Shown piece after piece: positions 16,953 through 26,528 of a stretch of DNA of 32,000 bases (position 1 is its first letter; each line of letters opens with the position of its first letter). The translations under genes and the position numbers were made by a program. The DNA lies in sequence record CM128224.1; one strand, written 5' to 3'. Below the pieces are notes generated by a model. That model saw only the letters and a list, made by a program, of their open reading frames with translations, did not search any database and was not told the DNA's origin.

Positions 16953-17819
16953 TTAAATCATTAAAAAGTCTAATTCAGGAGAAACAGGATTACTTGGCGT
17001 TTTTTTAATATTTAAATAAAAATCTGATAATAGCGTAAAAAGTTCACGATCAGCCAATTGATTAGCAACAACACCTTCGGGTTGTGATAATAATTGATCT
17101 GCTATATTAAGATAATAATCACAAATATAATTAAAATTAGGCTCTAATTCAGCCATTTCAAAAAGAGTTTTTCCTTGAACACGCGAAATTCTAATATCTT
17201 CAATCAGCGGTAAAACTTCTAATACAGGCATTGGGCAAGCTTCTACATATTTATCAATTAAATCGCGTTTGGCTGTTCTATTACCAATTAAACCAGCTAA
17301 TCGTAATGGATGTGTGCGTGCTTTTTCTTTAACAGAGGCTACAATTCTATTTGCTGCAAATAAAGCATCAAATCCATTATCAGTAACAATTAAACAATAA
17401 TCTGCGTAATTTAATGGAGCAGCAAATCCTCCACACACCACATCACCTAAAACATCAAAAAGAATAATATCATATTCGTAAAATGCGTTAAGTTCTTTTA
17501 ATAATTTAACAGTTTCACCAACAACATATCCACCACAACCTGCACCCGCCGGAGGACCCCCTGCTTCAACAGAATCTACACCACCATATCCTTGATAAAT
17601 AACATCCTCAGGCCAAACATCTTCATAATGATAGTCTTTTGCTTGTAGTGTATCAATTATTGTTGGAATTAAAAAACCTGTAAGTGTGAAAGTACTATCA
17701 TGTTTTGGGTCACAACCAATTTGTAATACTTTTTTTCCACGTCTCGCTAAAGCTATTGAAATATTACAGCTAGTTGTTGATTTTCCAATACCACCTTTAC
17801 CATAAACAGCTAATTTCAT
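16953..17819 (-). CDS. chlL: Light-independent protochlorophyllide reductase iron-sulfur ATP-binding protein (ChlL)
   Basis: [19 protein letters not shown]... is a NifH-like P-loop. The true start is taken as ATG 17819. The 22 upstream residues of the track ORF begin at a TTG and are not conserved. Confidence 0.95.
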   Translation of the reverse strand: MKLAVYGKGGIGKSTTSCNISIALARRGKKVLQIGCDPKHDSTFTLTGFLIPTIIDTLQAKDYHYEDVWPEDVIYQGYGGVDSVEAGGPPAGAGCGGYVVGETVKLLKELNAFYEYDIILFDVLGDVVCGGFAAPLNYADYCLIVTDNGFDALFAANRIVASVKEKARTHPLRLAGLIGNRTAKRDLIDKYVEACPMPVLEVLPLIEDIRISRVQGKTLFEMAELEPNFNYICDYYLNIADQLLSQPEGVVANQLADRELFTLLSDFYLNIKKTPSNPVSPELDFLMI

Positions 17820-18021
17820 AATTATAATATCCTTAAAAGTAAATTTGTAAATAATAATACAGATCAATTTTATTTTAACAAACAATATTAATAGTTGATT
17901 ACATGTTTTAGTATATAATTATTTAAAATATTATTAATTAATATTTAATATATTATTAGGTCTTGCTTTTTTATTTTAAATAATTTATAATAAATAAAAA
18001 TTAAATTATAACTAAAAAAAT

Positions 18022-18954
18022 ATGAATTTTGAAGCAATCGAAACAGAATTATCGCATGGTAATCTAATAACCCTATTTTTAACTACTGTCTATTATTGGA
18101 CAAAATTTTTACGCTACCCAAAAATAGGATATAAGGTTTTCGGCGTATTTGGGATTTTACTTTCAAATTTTTTTATAATTAGTCAACTCTGTTTACGTTG
18201 GCATTTTTCAGGACATTTCCCTTTAAGTGGTCTATATGAATCATTGTTGTTTTTAGCTTGGGTATTACTTTGTTTATATGCTTTTTTAGAAATTTCAACA
18301 AAAAGAGAGTTTGCTGCGTTATTTGTTTCGCCGTTAGTTTTACTTATCGTAGCATTTAGTTATTTTAGTCTGCCTTCATCACTCTATCAATTACACCCGT
18401 TAGTACCAGCTTTACAATCTAATTGGTTATTTATGCATGTTAGTGCAATGATAGTAAGTTATGGGGCATTATTATTAGGTTCTCTTTTTTCAATAAGCTA
18501 TATATTTATAAATTTTTCTTTTAAACCTCAAGAATATAAAACTCCACCTGCAAATCTAATCAACCAAGATGAGCCAAAACCTATATATGCAATGTATAAT
18601 AGTAATTACCCTTTACAAAAAAAAAATAAAGAAACTCAATTACTTTTTTTGGATAATTTTAGTTATAGATTAATCGGAATTGGTTTTTGTTTTTTAACAT
18701 TAGGTATTCTTTCTGGGGCTGTTTGGGCTAATGAAACATGGGGAAATTATTGGAGTTGGGATCCAAAAGAAACATGGGCTTTTATAACTTGGTTAGTTTT
18801 TGCTATATATTTACATATGCGGTTTGTTGGTAAATTTAAAGGTATAAAATCAGCTTGGGTCGCTAGTTTTGGTTTTATTATTATTTGGGTTTGTTATTTA
18901 GGTGTGAATTTTTTTGGTAAAGGGCTACATAGTTATGGATTCTTTATAACCTAA
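18022..18954 (+). CDS. ccsA: Cytochrome c biogenesis protein CcsA
   Basis: A polytopic membrane protein with the tryptophan-rich haem-handling motif WANETWGNYWSWDPKETWAFITW. Confidence 0.92.
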   Translation: MNFEAIETELSHGNLITLFLTTVYYWTKFLRYPKIGYKVFGVFGILLSNFFIISQLCLRWHFSGHFPLSGLYESLLFLAWVLLCLYAFLEISTKREFAALFVSPLVLLIVAFSYFSLPSSLYQLHPLVPALQSNWLFMHVSAMIVSYGALLLGSLFSISYIFINFSFKPQEYKTPPANLINQDEPKPIYAMYNSNYPLQKKNKETQLLFLDNFSYRLIGIGFCFLTLGILSGAVWANETWGNYWSWDPKETWAFITWLVFAIYLHMRFVGKFKGIKSAWVASFGFIIIWVCYLGVNFFGKGLHSYGFFIT

Positions 18955-19365
18955 TATATTTTCTATTTATTTAAGTTTTTAAATATGTAAGAAAACTGGT
19001 TTTTTTTTATTAAAAGATATATAATTAATAAAAAGGTAGTTTTTTTAATTTATTTGCATATTTAAAACATTATTATTATATTTCTTTCTGAGATGATAAA
19101 TTTTAAAACTCTTGAATAAATATAAAATATATAAAACATTTTAATGTTTTTAGTAATTTTTCTAGTATAATAATCTAACTATATTAAATTTTAATCAACT
19201 GGTTATAAAATAAAGTTTAATACAATTTTATACTATAAAAAGAAGTAATTAAAAAATGAATTCAAAATTATTAATAATAATTATTTGAAATTTCTGTAAA
19301 AAAAGATATATAATAAATATAAAATTTTGCAGAATACCTTAAAAAAATTATATTAGGAGAATATA

Positions 19366-19509
19366 ATGGCAGTTCCTAAAAAACGACAATCTAAAACAAG
19401 AAAAAATTTAAGAAAATCACAGTGGAAGGCGCAAGCGTCGGTCCAAGCAAAAAAAGCTTTAGCTAAAGCAAAAACTGTATTAAAATCATTATTAAATAAA
19501 GAAAACTAA
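19366..19509 (+). CDS. rpl32: Ribosomal protein L32 (47 aa; absent from the ORF track)
   Basis: Hand translation gives [54 protein letters not shown](T/Q)SK is the L32 signature. GGAG lies 8 nt upstream. Confidence 0.88.
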   Translation: MAVPKKRQSKTRKNLRKSQWKAQASVQAKKALAKAKTVLKSLLNKEN

Positions 19510-19561
19510 TAATGATTTTAATACAGTTTATTTAGAAAAAAATAAAAATGAGCGAATTTTT

Positions 19562-20407
19562 ATGAATAAACAAGAAACAACTAGTTTCCACAATTTACCG
19601 TTTTTAAAAAAAACTAATCCAAAATTACTTATAGGAGTAATGCTTGGAAATTATGTATTTTTTATATTAGTTCTTCCACTTTTTGCTCTATTTTCATTAA
19701 TTTTTAAAAATAGTTGGAGAGAAATTTTAGAAAAAGCATTAGATCCTATTGCAATTTCGGCTTATGCTTTTACTATTAAAATGGCTTTAACAGCAGCTCT
19801 TTTAAATAGTGTTTTTGGGTTTTTAATTACATGGATGATCACTCGTTATGAATTTAGGGGTAAAAGATTTGTTGATGCTGCGGTTGATTTACCTTTTGCT
19901 TTACCAACATCAGTTGCAGGCCTTACTTTAGCTACAGTTTATGGACACCAAGGTTGGGTTGGTAATTATCTAAAAATGGCAAACATTCAAATTATTTATA
20001 CAAGATTTGGTGTACTTTTAGCTATGATTTTTGTATCTTTCCCTTTTGTAATAAGATCATTACAACCGGTATTACAAGAATTTGATCATGGTTTAGAAGA
20101 AGCTGCATGGGGTATGGGTGCAAGTTCATTTCAAACTTTTTTGCGGGTTATTTTTCCTACATTGGTGCCAGCATTAGTTACCGGATTTACATTAAGTTTT
20201 TCGCGAGCATTGGGTGAATTTGGTTCTGTTGTTATGATTTCATCTAATCTTCCATTAGATGATTTAGTAACCTCAGTTTTAATTTATCAATCATTAGAGC
20301 AATATGATTATTTTGGAGCGTCTGTTATAGGTGCTGTAATTTTACTTCTTGCTTTAATTATTATTTTTTTAGTAAATACAGCACAATCTTTCTATTCTCG
20401 TCGTTAA
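19562..20407 (+). CDS. cysT: Sulfate ABC transporter permease CysT
   Basis: 281 aa, multi-pass, with an EAA-loop-like motif (LEEAAWGMGASSFQTFLRVIFP) typical of CysT/CysW permeases encoded in green-algal plastids. Confidence 0.9.
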   Translation: MNKQETTSFHNLPFLKKTNPKLLIGVMLGNYVFFILVLPLFALFSLIFKNSWREILEKALDPIAISAYAFTIKMALTAALLNSVFGFLITWMITRYEFRGKRFVDAAVDLPFALPTSVAGLTLATVYGHQGWVGNYLKMANIQIIYTRFGVLLAMIFVSFPFVIRSLQPVLQEFDHGLEEAAWGMGASSFQTFLRVIFPTLVPALVTGFTLSFSRALGEFGSVVMISSNLPLDDLVTSVLIYQSLEQYDYFGASVIGAVILLLALIIIFLVNTAQSFYSRR

Positions 20408-20545
20408 TTTTATATTGAATTTAGAAAATTGTGTTTTTATATTTTGTTATATAATTTATTTTAAATTATTCATTAACTAAAAGAAAAAGGGTATATGGCT
20501 CTTTTTACTTTTTTTATTAAAAAGAACTTATTATATATTTAGTAT

Positions 20546-23500
20546 ATGTCATTAAGTGAAAATATTCGCGATTATGTTGAAGTATTAGCTGGAGTTACTG
20601 AAACGCCAGGTAATCCTATCGAGTTTGAAAAATTTATTTCGGAAAGTTTACTTTACGTTTTAAAAATATGTCAAACTTGTATTTTACAGTTTTTAAGTTT
20701 TCAATGGATTCGTGATTTTAGTCTATTACCTATAAAAATACCAGCTTTTTATGAATCACTCGTTGGGCAAACGCCCCCAGGATCTTTATTTGATTTTTTA
20801 GAGATTTTACATGTAGAGCAAAATCCTTTATTAGTTGGGTTTTTAAATAGTGCTTTTTTCACGCTTCCATTTTCTATAATACATATTATTTCAATTAGAA
20901 GATTATTAATTCAAGGAATCCCAGCTGCCGTTTTTTCTTTTGGTGGTTATATTGCTGGTCAAATTGTGTTTATTAGTTGTGTTACTTTTGGTATACAAGG
21001 TATAATTATTCCATGGTTAACATTAGAACCGTTAAACTATATTGCTGGCTTAATTCTTGTTGCGCGCATTATTTTTTCATTACGGTTTGAAAGTTTACTT
21101 GCATTAAAAACTTGGCATCACCCAAAATATAAAAAATTTTTTATATATAGTTTTTTAATGGCATGGTGTGAGCAAGGCGCTATTTTTCAATTTTTAAGTA
21201 ATGTGACTTTTTCAGCAAACCCAACAATTTTACAAGGGTTTACTTCGAATCATTTAGGGTTAAGTATTGCCAATAATTTTTTATATATAACTGGCATTTT
21301 ACTTGGATCTGTTGTTTTTACAAGCTTCTGGATGTGGTTTTTTTTAAAAGTAAAAAACTTTGTACTTGACCGTACGATGTTTTATACTAGTAAAATTATA
21401 TCTGATATTAATAGAGTTTCTTTTATTTGCTCAATAGCTATTAGTTTAGCAACTCTTCCTTATTATGCTTATAATTATATATTAACAGGACCACTTGGTT
21501 TTGTTTCAGAAGACGACGTTTTTGAATCGACAATATTTAGTCATAATTCGGTACCAGATATTTCTCCTGAATTCAGTTATATTACTGAAGGAAAACTGAT
21601 GGAATTAAAACTATTTCCTTTTAATAGGGGTCAATATTTAGTTTATCCGGGAGAGGATATTACAGTGAGTATGGAGGAATTATCCTATCGATCTGATTAT
21701 GCGTGGGTGAGAAGAGTGGAAAAATTATCATTAGATGTGGTTTCTACTCATATTAAAGGACAGCGATTAGCAGAAAATTTAGGATTTAATAGAGTAACTC
21801 AATCTCAATCAGAGCGGGTTTTACCACAAGAAACTCCATTGATATTTTATCGTCTTGAATTAAACAATAAGATGAAAAAAAATGATAAAATTCAGGAGAT
21901 TATAAATAATATATTTGCACCAACTTCTGAATCATCCACTACATCATCTTCTGTGGCTTATCCTGCACCCGCACATAATGAACCAATAACATTTACGGAC
22001 TACTTAAAAAAACAATACGAAGAGTTAGGTATTGAGTATGATCCTATTAAAGCTAAAAAGTATATAGAAACTGCTCGAGAGGTAGCGGAAATTCAACCTA
22101 TTGTTGAAGAAAAACAGGTTACTAAGAAAAAAAGAAAAGTTAATTCAGAGGAGCCAAAAGAACCCCATCAAGTAATACTTGATAGATTTTATTACTGGTA
22201 TGATTTTGAAGATGTTAGTACCGATGAAGATGATCGCCTTCAGAGCTTCATTATAAGAAATAATGTACAAGGTATGTATCTTTTTCCTCAAGCTTTCATT
22301 CAAAATGAAGTTACTCTTGGTGAAATCCATCAACAAATATCATTACGTCTTAAACAGCAATATAATTCAAGCTGGATTTTCAAAAGTTTATTAAAATTGG
22401 ATATTGATTGCTTATTAAATCGACAACCTCGAAAATTTCGTTTAAGTGGAGAGCATGAATATGATTTATTAGCAAAACGAAATATTTTAGCTAAATATTA
22501 TGATTCTTTACGTTTTTATACAAAAATGCCGTATTCCAATATATTTGAAGAATTTTTTAGTGGCTCAAAAAACTTAACTAGTCAAGTTTATAATCAACAA
22601 TTTACAGGAACTTTGCGAAATCTTACTAAATATTTTAGTTTAACAGTAGATGAAGAATTAGATTTTAGTAAAAATAATTTTTTAGAATATATTGCTAGTC
22701 ATTATTTTGATTTCTTAAAAGAAGATGATCTTCAATTAATTTGTGAAGAGGCTGTTTATGAAGATGAGGAAGCGGAAGAAAATGACGAAACAAATGAAGA
22801 GGAAAATCAAAATAATGACGAACTAAATTTAATTAATGAGGATGAAAATAGTGTTGAAAGCCAAACTTTAGATTTTGCGAACCGTGACAATGAGGTAACT
22901 GTTGCAGAAAACGAAGAAGAGGAAGAAGACGGAGAAGATGAGGAAGCGGAAGAAGACGAAGAAGATGAGGAGAATGAGGAAGATATAATCAAGATCCTCA
23001 GTAACAACCAAAATACTGGAAAATACAATTATATTGATGGGTTAGAAAAAATAAAACGTACTAAATTAGTTTTAAAATTTGATCAACCTCTTTATAAACT
23101 TAATGATTCAGATATTGGTCCTGAGCCTCACGAAGAATTATATGATTTAATTAATAATTCTAATAAAACAGAGTATGATAATGTTGCTTTGGATGATCAA
23201 TATAGTTTACCTTTATATGTTGGGTGGGATGAAGAGTCACGAAAATTAATGATTACTAACAAAGCAATAACAAGAAAATTTGCTGGTTCATATATGTACG
23301 TTACTCCAGAATTTATAAAAAATTCTACTACTGATACACCAAATGAATATTTATCGAAAAAGAAATATCATTCAGTACATGCAGAAGCTCAAGTAAAAAA
23401 TTATTTAAAAATACAATCTTTAAAAAAAGAACAGGCAAACCAACTCATCAAGTTTACTTGTTGGCCACTTGCTGAAGAGGAATTTAAAATACTTCCACAT

Positions 23501-23833
23501 GAAAATACAGTACCTTATGTTGTATTAAAAGAACGAAAAGAGCAAGTTGTAATCGAACCCCAAGATGAGTATATGGTAGAACTCTTTGAAGCTGTTAAAG
23601 ATAAAGGGATACCTGCTACTCGAGAATGGCTAATGGAATACATGCTTGAACCAAATAAAAGAGACTACCGTCCTTTATTACGAAAATTAACTCCTAAAAA
23701 AGGTGGATTTATTTGGCCTGGAAATACAGATGAGACCATTCCTGGACAAGAAAAACGTAAGCCAAGATTATTTCCATCATTAGCTCTAAGTGAAAAAATG
23801 GCTATACTTAATTTGGCGTCAAAACAATCATAA
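20546..23833 (+). CDS. ycf1: Ycf1-like (Tic214-like) giant ORF: N-terminal polytopic membrane domain plus a long hydrophilic, partly acidic tail
   Basis: Residues ~95-270 contain about six hydrophobic helices. Their pattern (GFLNSAFFTLPFSIIHIISIRR...GGYIAGQIVFISCVTF...) resembles the Ycf1 N-terminal domain (GFLTTFSIGPSYLFLLRA...GFITGQLMMFISIYY). The rest is Lys/Glu/Asn-rich and not recognisably conserved. Confidence 0.6.
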   Translation: MSLSENIRDYVEVLAGVTETPGNPIEFEKFISESLLYVLKICQTCILQFLSFQWIRDFSLLPIKIPAFYESLVGQTPPGSLFDFLEILHVEQNPLLVGFLNSAFFTLPFSIIHIISIRRLLIQGIPAAVFSFGGYIAGQIVFISCVTFGIQGIIIPWLTLEPLNYIAGLILVARIIFSLRFESLLALKTWHHPKYKKFFIYSFLMAWCEQGAIFQFLSNVTFSANPTILQGFTSNHLGLSIANNFLYITGILLGSVVFTSFWMWFFLKVKNFVLDRTMFYTSKIISDINRVSFICSIAISLATLPYYAYNYILTGPLGFVSEDDVFESTIFSHNSVPDISPEFSYITEGKLMELKLFPFNRGQYLVYPGEDITVSMEELSYRSDYAWVRRVEKLSLDVVSTHIKGQRLAENLGFNRVTQSQSERVLPQETPLIFYRLELNNKMKKNDKIQEIINNIFAPTSESSTTSSSVAYPAPAHNEPITFTDYLKKQYEELGIEYDPIKAKKYIETAREVAEIQPIVEEKQVTKKKRKVNSEEPKEPHQVILDRFYYWYDFEDVSTDEDDRLQSFIIRNNVQGMYLFPQAFIQNEVTLGEIHQQISLRLKQQYNSSWIFKSLLKLDIDCLLNRQPRKFRLSGEHEYDLLAKRNILAKYYDSLRFYTKMPYSNIFEEFFSGSKNLTSQVYNQQFTGTLRNLTKYFSLTVDEELDFSKNNFLEYIASHYFDFLKEDDLQLICEEAVYEDEEAEENDETNEEENQNNDELNLINEDENSVESQTLDFANRDNEVTVAENEEEEEDGEDEEAEEDEEDEENEEDIIKILSNNQNTGKYNYIDGLEKIKRTKLVLKFDQPLYKLNDSDIGPEPHEELYDLINNSNKTEYDNVALDDQYSLPLYVGWDEESRKLMITNKAITRKFAGSYMYVTPEFIKNSTTDTPNEYLSKKKYHSVHAEAQVKNYLKIQSLKKEQANQLIKFTCWPLAEEEFKILPHENTVPYVVLKERKEQVVIEPQDEYMVELFEAVKDKGIPATREWLMEYMLEPNKRDYRPLLRKLTPKKGGFIWPGNTDETIPGQEKRKPRLFPSLALSEKMAILNLASKQS
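22745..22985 (+). repeat. Acidic (Glu/Asp/Asn) low-complexity GAR-rich tract inside ycf1-like ORF, with a 21-nt in-frame direct repeat
   Basis: It encodes EDEEAEENDETNEEENQNNDE...ENEEEEEDGEDEEAEEDEEDEENEED. gaagatgaggaagcggaagaa occurs at 22760-22780 and again at 22934-22954, 174 nt (58 codons) apart. Confidence 0.85.
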
Positions 23834-23846
23834 TATTAATTTTTCT

Positions 23847-23886
23847 GCTTAAAATATAAAATGAAGTTTCATTTTATATTTTAAGC
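23847..23886 (+). terminator. First ycf1-like 3' inverted repeat (19-nt arms)
   Basis: gcttaaaatataaaatgaa (23847-23865) pairs with ttcattttatattttaagc (23868-23886). Confidence 0.55.
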
Positions 23887-23890
23887 CATT

Positions 23891-23942
23891 ATCTTTATAA
23901 TATAATTCTGTATAAAATTATACAGAATTATATTATAAAGAT
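23891..23942 (+). terminator. Second, tandem inverted repeat (25-nt arms)
   Basis: atctttataatataattctgtataa (23891-23915) pairs with ttatacagaattatattataaagat (23918-23942). Confidence 0.55.
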
Positions 23943-24133
23943 ATATTGAACCTAAATAAAATTTATTTTAAAACACTAACTAGTAAGCAAAAATGTATAA
24001 ATAAAATATTATAATTGATGGTATAATAATAAAAATAATAATTTATAAAAATAAAAAAAAGTTATTAGTATTTTTTATTTTTTAATATAGAAAGAAAGTA
24101 AATAAATGAAATTTTTAAAATATAAGTATTTTT

Positions 24134-25660
24134 ATGGGTCTTCCTTGGTTTCGTGTACATACAGTAGTATTAAATGACCCAGGTCGTTTAATTTCTGTTC
24201 ATTTAATGCACACAGCATTAGTTTCTGGTTGGGCAGGTTCAATGGCCTTTTATGAACTTGCAGTTTTTGATCCATCAGATCCTGTATTAAACCCTATGTG
24301 GCGTCAAGGGATGTTTGTATTACCCTTTATGACACGATTAGGTGTTACTCAATCATGGGGTGGTTGGACTATTAGTGGAGAAACAGCGAATAATCCTGGA
24401 ATTTGGAGTTATGAAGGTGTAGCAGCATCTCATATTATATTATCTGGATTATTATTTGCAGCTTCAATTTGGCATTGGGTTTATTGGGATTTAGAACTTT
24501 TCCGTGACCCACGTACAGGAAACCCTGCTTTAGATTTACCAAAAATTTTTGGTATTCATCTTTTCTTATCAGGATTAGCTTGTTTTGGTTTTGGTGCTTT
24601 CCACGTAACTGGTTTATTTGGTCCTGGTATTTGGGTATCAGATCCTTATGGTATTAGTGGAAGTATTCAGCCCGTATCACCATCTTGGGATGCTACAGGA
24701 TTTGATCCTTTTAATCCTGGTGGAGTTCCGGCGCACCATATTGCAGCTGGTATTCTTGGTATATTAGCAGGTTTGTTTCATCTTTGTGTTCGACCTCCAC
24801 AACGCCTATATAATGGCTTACGAATGGGAAACATAGAAACAGTACTTTCTAGTAGTATCGCAGCAGTTTTTTGGGCAGCTTTTGTTGTTTCTGGAACAAT
24901 GTGGTATGGTTCTTCTTCTACTCCAGTAGAATTATATGGACCAACGCGTTACCAATGGGATTTAGGGTTTTTCCAACAAGAAATTGAACGCCGCGTACAG
25001 AGCAGTATTGGTAGTGGAAAATCAGCAACAGCAGCATGGTCTGAAATACCAGAAAAACTAGTATTTTATGATTATATTGGAAATAATCCAGCGAAAGGTG
25101 GACTTTTCCGTACAGGTGCTATGAATAGTGGTGATGGTATTGCTGTAGGTTGGTTAGGACACGCAGTATTTAAAGATAAACAGGGTAATCAATTATTTGT
25201 TCGACGTATGCCGACTTTCTTTGAAACTTTCCCAGTTTTACTTGTTGATAATAATGGTGTTGTTCGAGCTGATGTACCATTCCGTAGAGCAGAATCAAAA
25301 TATAGTATTGAACAAGTAGGTGTTTCAGTTACTTTTTATGGTGGTGAATTAGATGGTGTTACTTTTTCTGATCCCGCTACTGTTAAAAAATACGCACGTC
25401 GTGCTCAATTAGGTGAAGTTTTTGAATTTGATAGATCAACTTTACAATCTGATGGTGTTTTCCGTACAAGCCCACGTGGTTGGTTTACTTTTGCACATTT
25501 AATTTTTGCTTTATTTTTCTTTATTGGACATATTTGGCACGGCGCTCGAACTATTTTCCGAGATGTTTTTGCAGGTATTGATGCTGACTTAGATGAACAA
25601 ATCGAATTCGGTGCATTTCAAAAACTTGGTGATAAATCTACGCCTCGACAATCAATATAA
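24134..25660 (+). CDS. psbB: Photosystem II CP47 chlorophyll apoprotein
   Basis: 508 aa. [38 protein letters not shown]... is near-invariant CP47. Confidence 0.98.
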   Translation: MGLPWFRVHTVVLNDPGRLISVHLMHTALVSGWAGSMAFYELAVFDPSDPVLNPMWRQGMFVLPFMTRLGVTQSWGGWTISGETANNPGIWSYEGVAASHIILSGLLFAASIWHWVYWDLELFRDPRTGNPALDLPKIFGIHLFLSGLACFGFGAFHVTGLFGPGIWVSDPYGISGSIQPVSPSWDATGFDPFNPGGVPAHHIAAGILGILAGLFHLCVRPPQRLYNGLRMGNIETVLSSSIAAVFWAAFVVSGTMWYGSSSTPVELYGPTRYQWDLGFFQQEIERRVQSSIGSGKSATAAWSEIPEKLVFYDYIGNNPAKGGLFRTGAMNSGDGIAVGWLGHAVFKDKQGNQLFVRRMPTFFETFPVLLVDNNGVVRADVPFRRAESKYSIEQVGVSVTFYGGELDGVTFSDPATVKKYARRAQLGEVFEFDRSTLQSDGVFRTSPRGWFTFAHLIFALFFFIGHIWHGARTIFRDVFAGIDADLDEQIEFGAFQKLGDKSTPRQSI

Positions 25661-25724
25661 AATAATTTTAGGTTGATTAAATATTAATTTGTGTGTTTAA
25701 CATAAATTTTTATTATATAAAATT

Positions 25725-25781
25725 AAATAAACGTTTTTTTTACTTAAGCTAAAAAATTTAAGTAAAAAAAAACGTTTATTT
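25725..25781 (+). terminator. psbB 3' inverted repeat (~24-bp stem with one bulge)
   Basis: aaataaacg-T8-acttaa pairs with ttaagt-A9-cgtttattt, with loop gctaaaaaat. Confidence 0.55.
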
Positions 25782-25817
25782 ATATTAAAAAATTAAATAT
25801 ATAAATAAGCAGTTAAT

Positions 25818-25916
25818 ATGGAAGCATTAGTTTATACGTTTTTATTAGTCGGTACTCTAGGTATTATATTTTTTTCGATTTTCTTTAGAGAACCTCCACG
25901 CGTTCCTGGTAAATAA
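25818..25916 (+). CDS. psbT: Photosystem II protein T (32 aa; absent from the ORF track)
   Basis: Hand translation gives [32 protein letters not shown], which is canonical PsbT, in the conserved position after psbB. Confidence 0.93.
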
Positions 25917-25948
25917 TGTTGGTGTTATTTAAATAAAAAATCTATTTT

Positions 25949-25992
25949 ATGAAGATTAATATTAAAAGAATTCTTTTAATATTAATCTTCAT
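25949..25992. terminator. Perfect 44-nt palindrome between convergent psbT and psbN (candidate bidirectional 3' stem-loop)
   Basis: atgaagattaatattaaaagaa|ttcttttaatattaatcttcat is centred on GAATTC. The right arm overlaps the last 11 nt of psbN, including its stop. Confidence 0.6.
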
Positions 25993-26116
25993 GCTCTTCA
26001 AAAGGATCTCTCAATTCTTGCGAAGGTGGGCCAAAGCCTATATAAATTGAATAACCTGTAATGGTTATAAGTAAACACCACAAAAAAATAGTAATAAAAA
26101 TAGCTGAATTTTCCAT
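25982..26116 (-). CDS. psbN: PsbN (44 aa)
   Basis: [44 protein letters not shown] is canonical PsbN, on the opposite strand between psbT and psbH. The longer track ORF (start 26194) adds 26 non-conserved residues. Confidence 0.92.
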   Translation of the reverse strand: MENSAIFITIFLWCLLITITGYSIYIGFGPPSQELRDPFEEHED

Positions 26117-26259
26117 AATTTTTTTCCCTAATACATTATATATTAATAATAAATACCCACAAAATCGAAAAATTTCAATAAAATTTAAACTCAATATTTA
26201 ATTTGTAAATTCACATAAAAATATAGAAAGTAAATTAAATACAATTTTTATTTAAAATT

Positions 26260-26505
26260 ATGGCAACTGGAACTACATCTGGCAGAAAAGCTTCAAATAC
26301 ACAAAATATTCAACCTGGGAAAATAACTTCTTTGGGAACACTACTAAAACCTTTAAATTCTGAATATGGTAAAGTAGCCCCAGGATGGGGTACTACTGCA
26401 ATAATGGGGATTTTTATGGGATTATTTGCAGTTTTTCTTGTAATTATTCTTGAAATCTACAATAGTTCTGTTCTTTTAGAAGACATTACTGTGAGTTGGA
26501 AATAA
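26260..26505 (+). CDS. psbH: Photosystem II phosphoprotein PsbH
   Basis: ...[49 protein letters not shown]... is the canonical PsbH core. Confidence 0.95.
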   Translation: MATGTTSGRKASNTQNIQPGKITSLGTLLKPLNSEYGKVAPGWGTTAIMGIFMGLFAVFLVIILEIYNSSVLLEDITVSWK

Positions 26506-26528
26506 AAAATAAAAAAAAGATTTGATTT

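Noticed and set aside
17820-17885. 22-residue N-terminal extension of chlL ([22 protein letters not shown])
   Set aside because: It starts at a TTG, is AT-rich hydrophobic noise, and ChlL/NifH-family proteins begin right at [14 protein letters not shown]. The analogous alternative-start extensions of psaA (202), rps4 (7203) and psbN (26194) were also trimmed.
18955-19365. Largest featureless spacer (411 bp), plus other long spacers (15201-15405, 23943-24133, 27909-28146, 29056-29300), examined for small genes or structured RNAs such as rnpB or tmRNA
   Set aside because: There is no ORF with a recognisable small plastid protein on either strand, and no GGAAAGTCC-type RNase P core or tRNA-like tmRNA ends. 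Only short AT hairpins are present. A covariance-model scan (Rfam) would be needed to exclude divergent ncRNAs completely.
20487-20534. 15-codon ATG ORF (MALFTFFIKKNLLYI) just upstream of the ycf1-like ORF
   Set aside because: It is too short, resembles no known small plastid protein, and is probably chance. It could at most be an uORF, which cannot be supported from sequence alone.
22807-23028. 73-aa poly-Ser ORF antisense to the ycf1-like gene
   Set aside because: It is the mirror image of the GAA/GAG/GAT-rich acidic repeat (TTC/CTC/ATC read in a Ser/Leu frame), so it is a compositional artefact.
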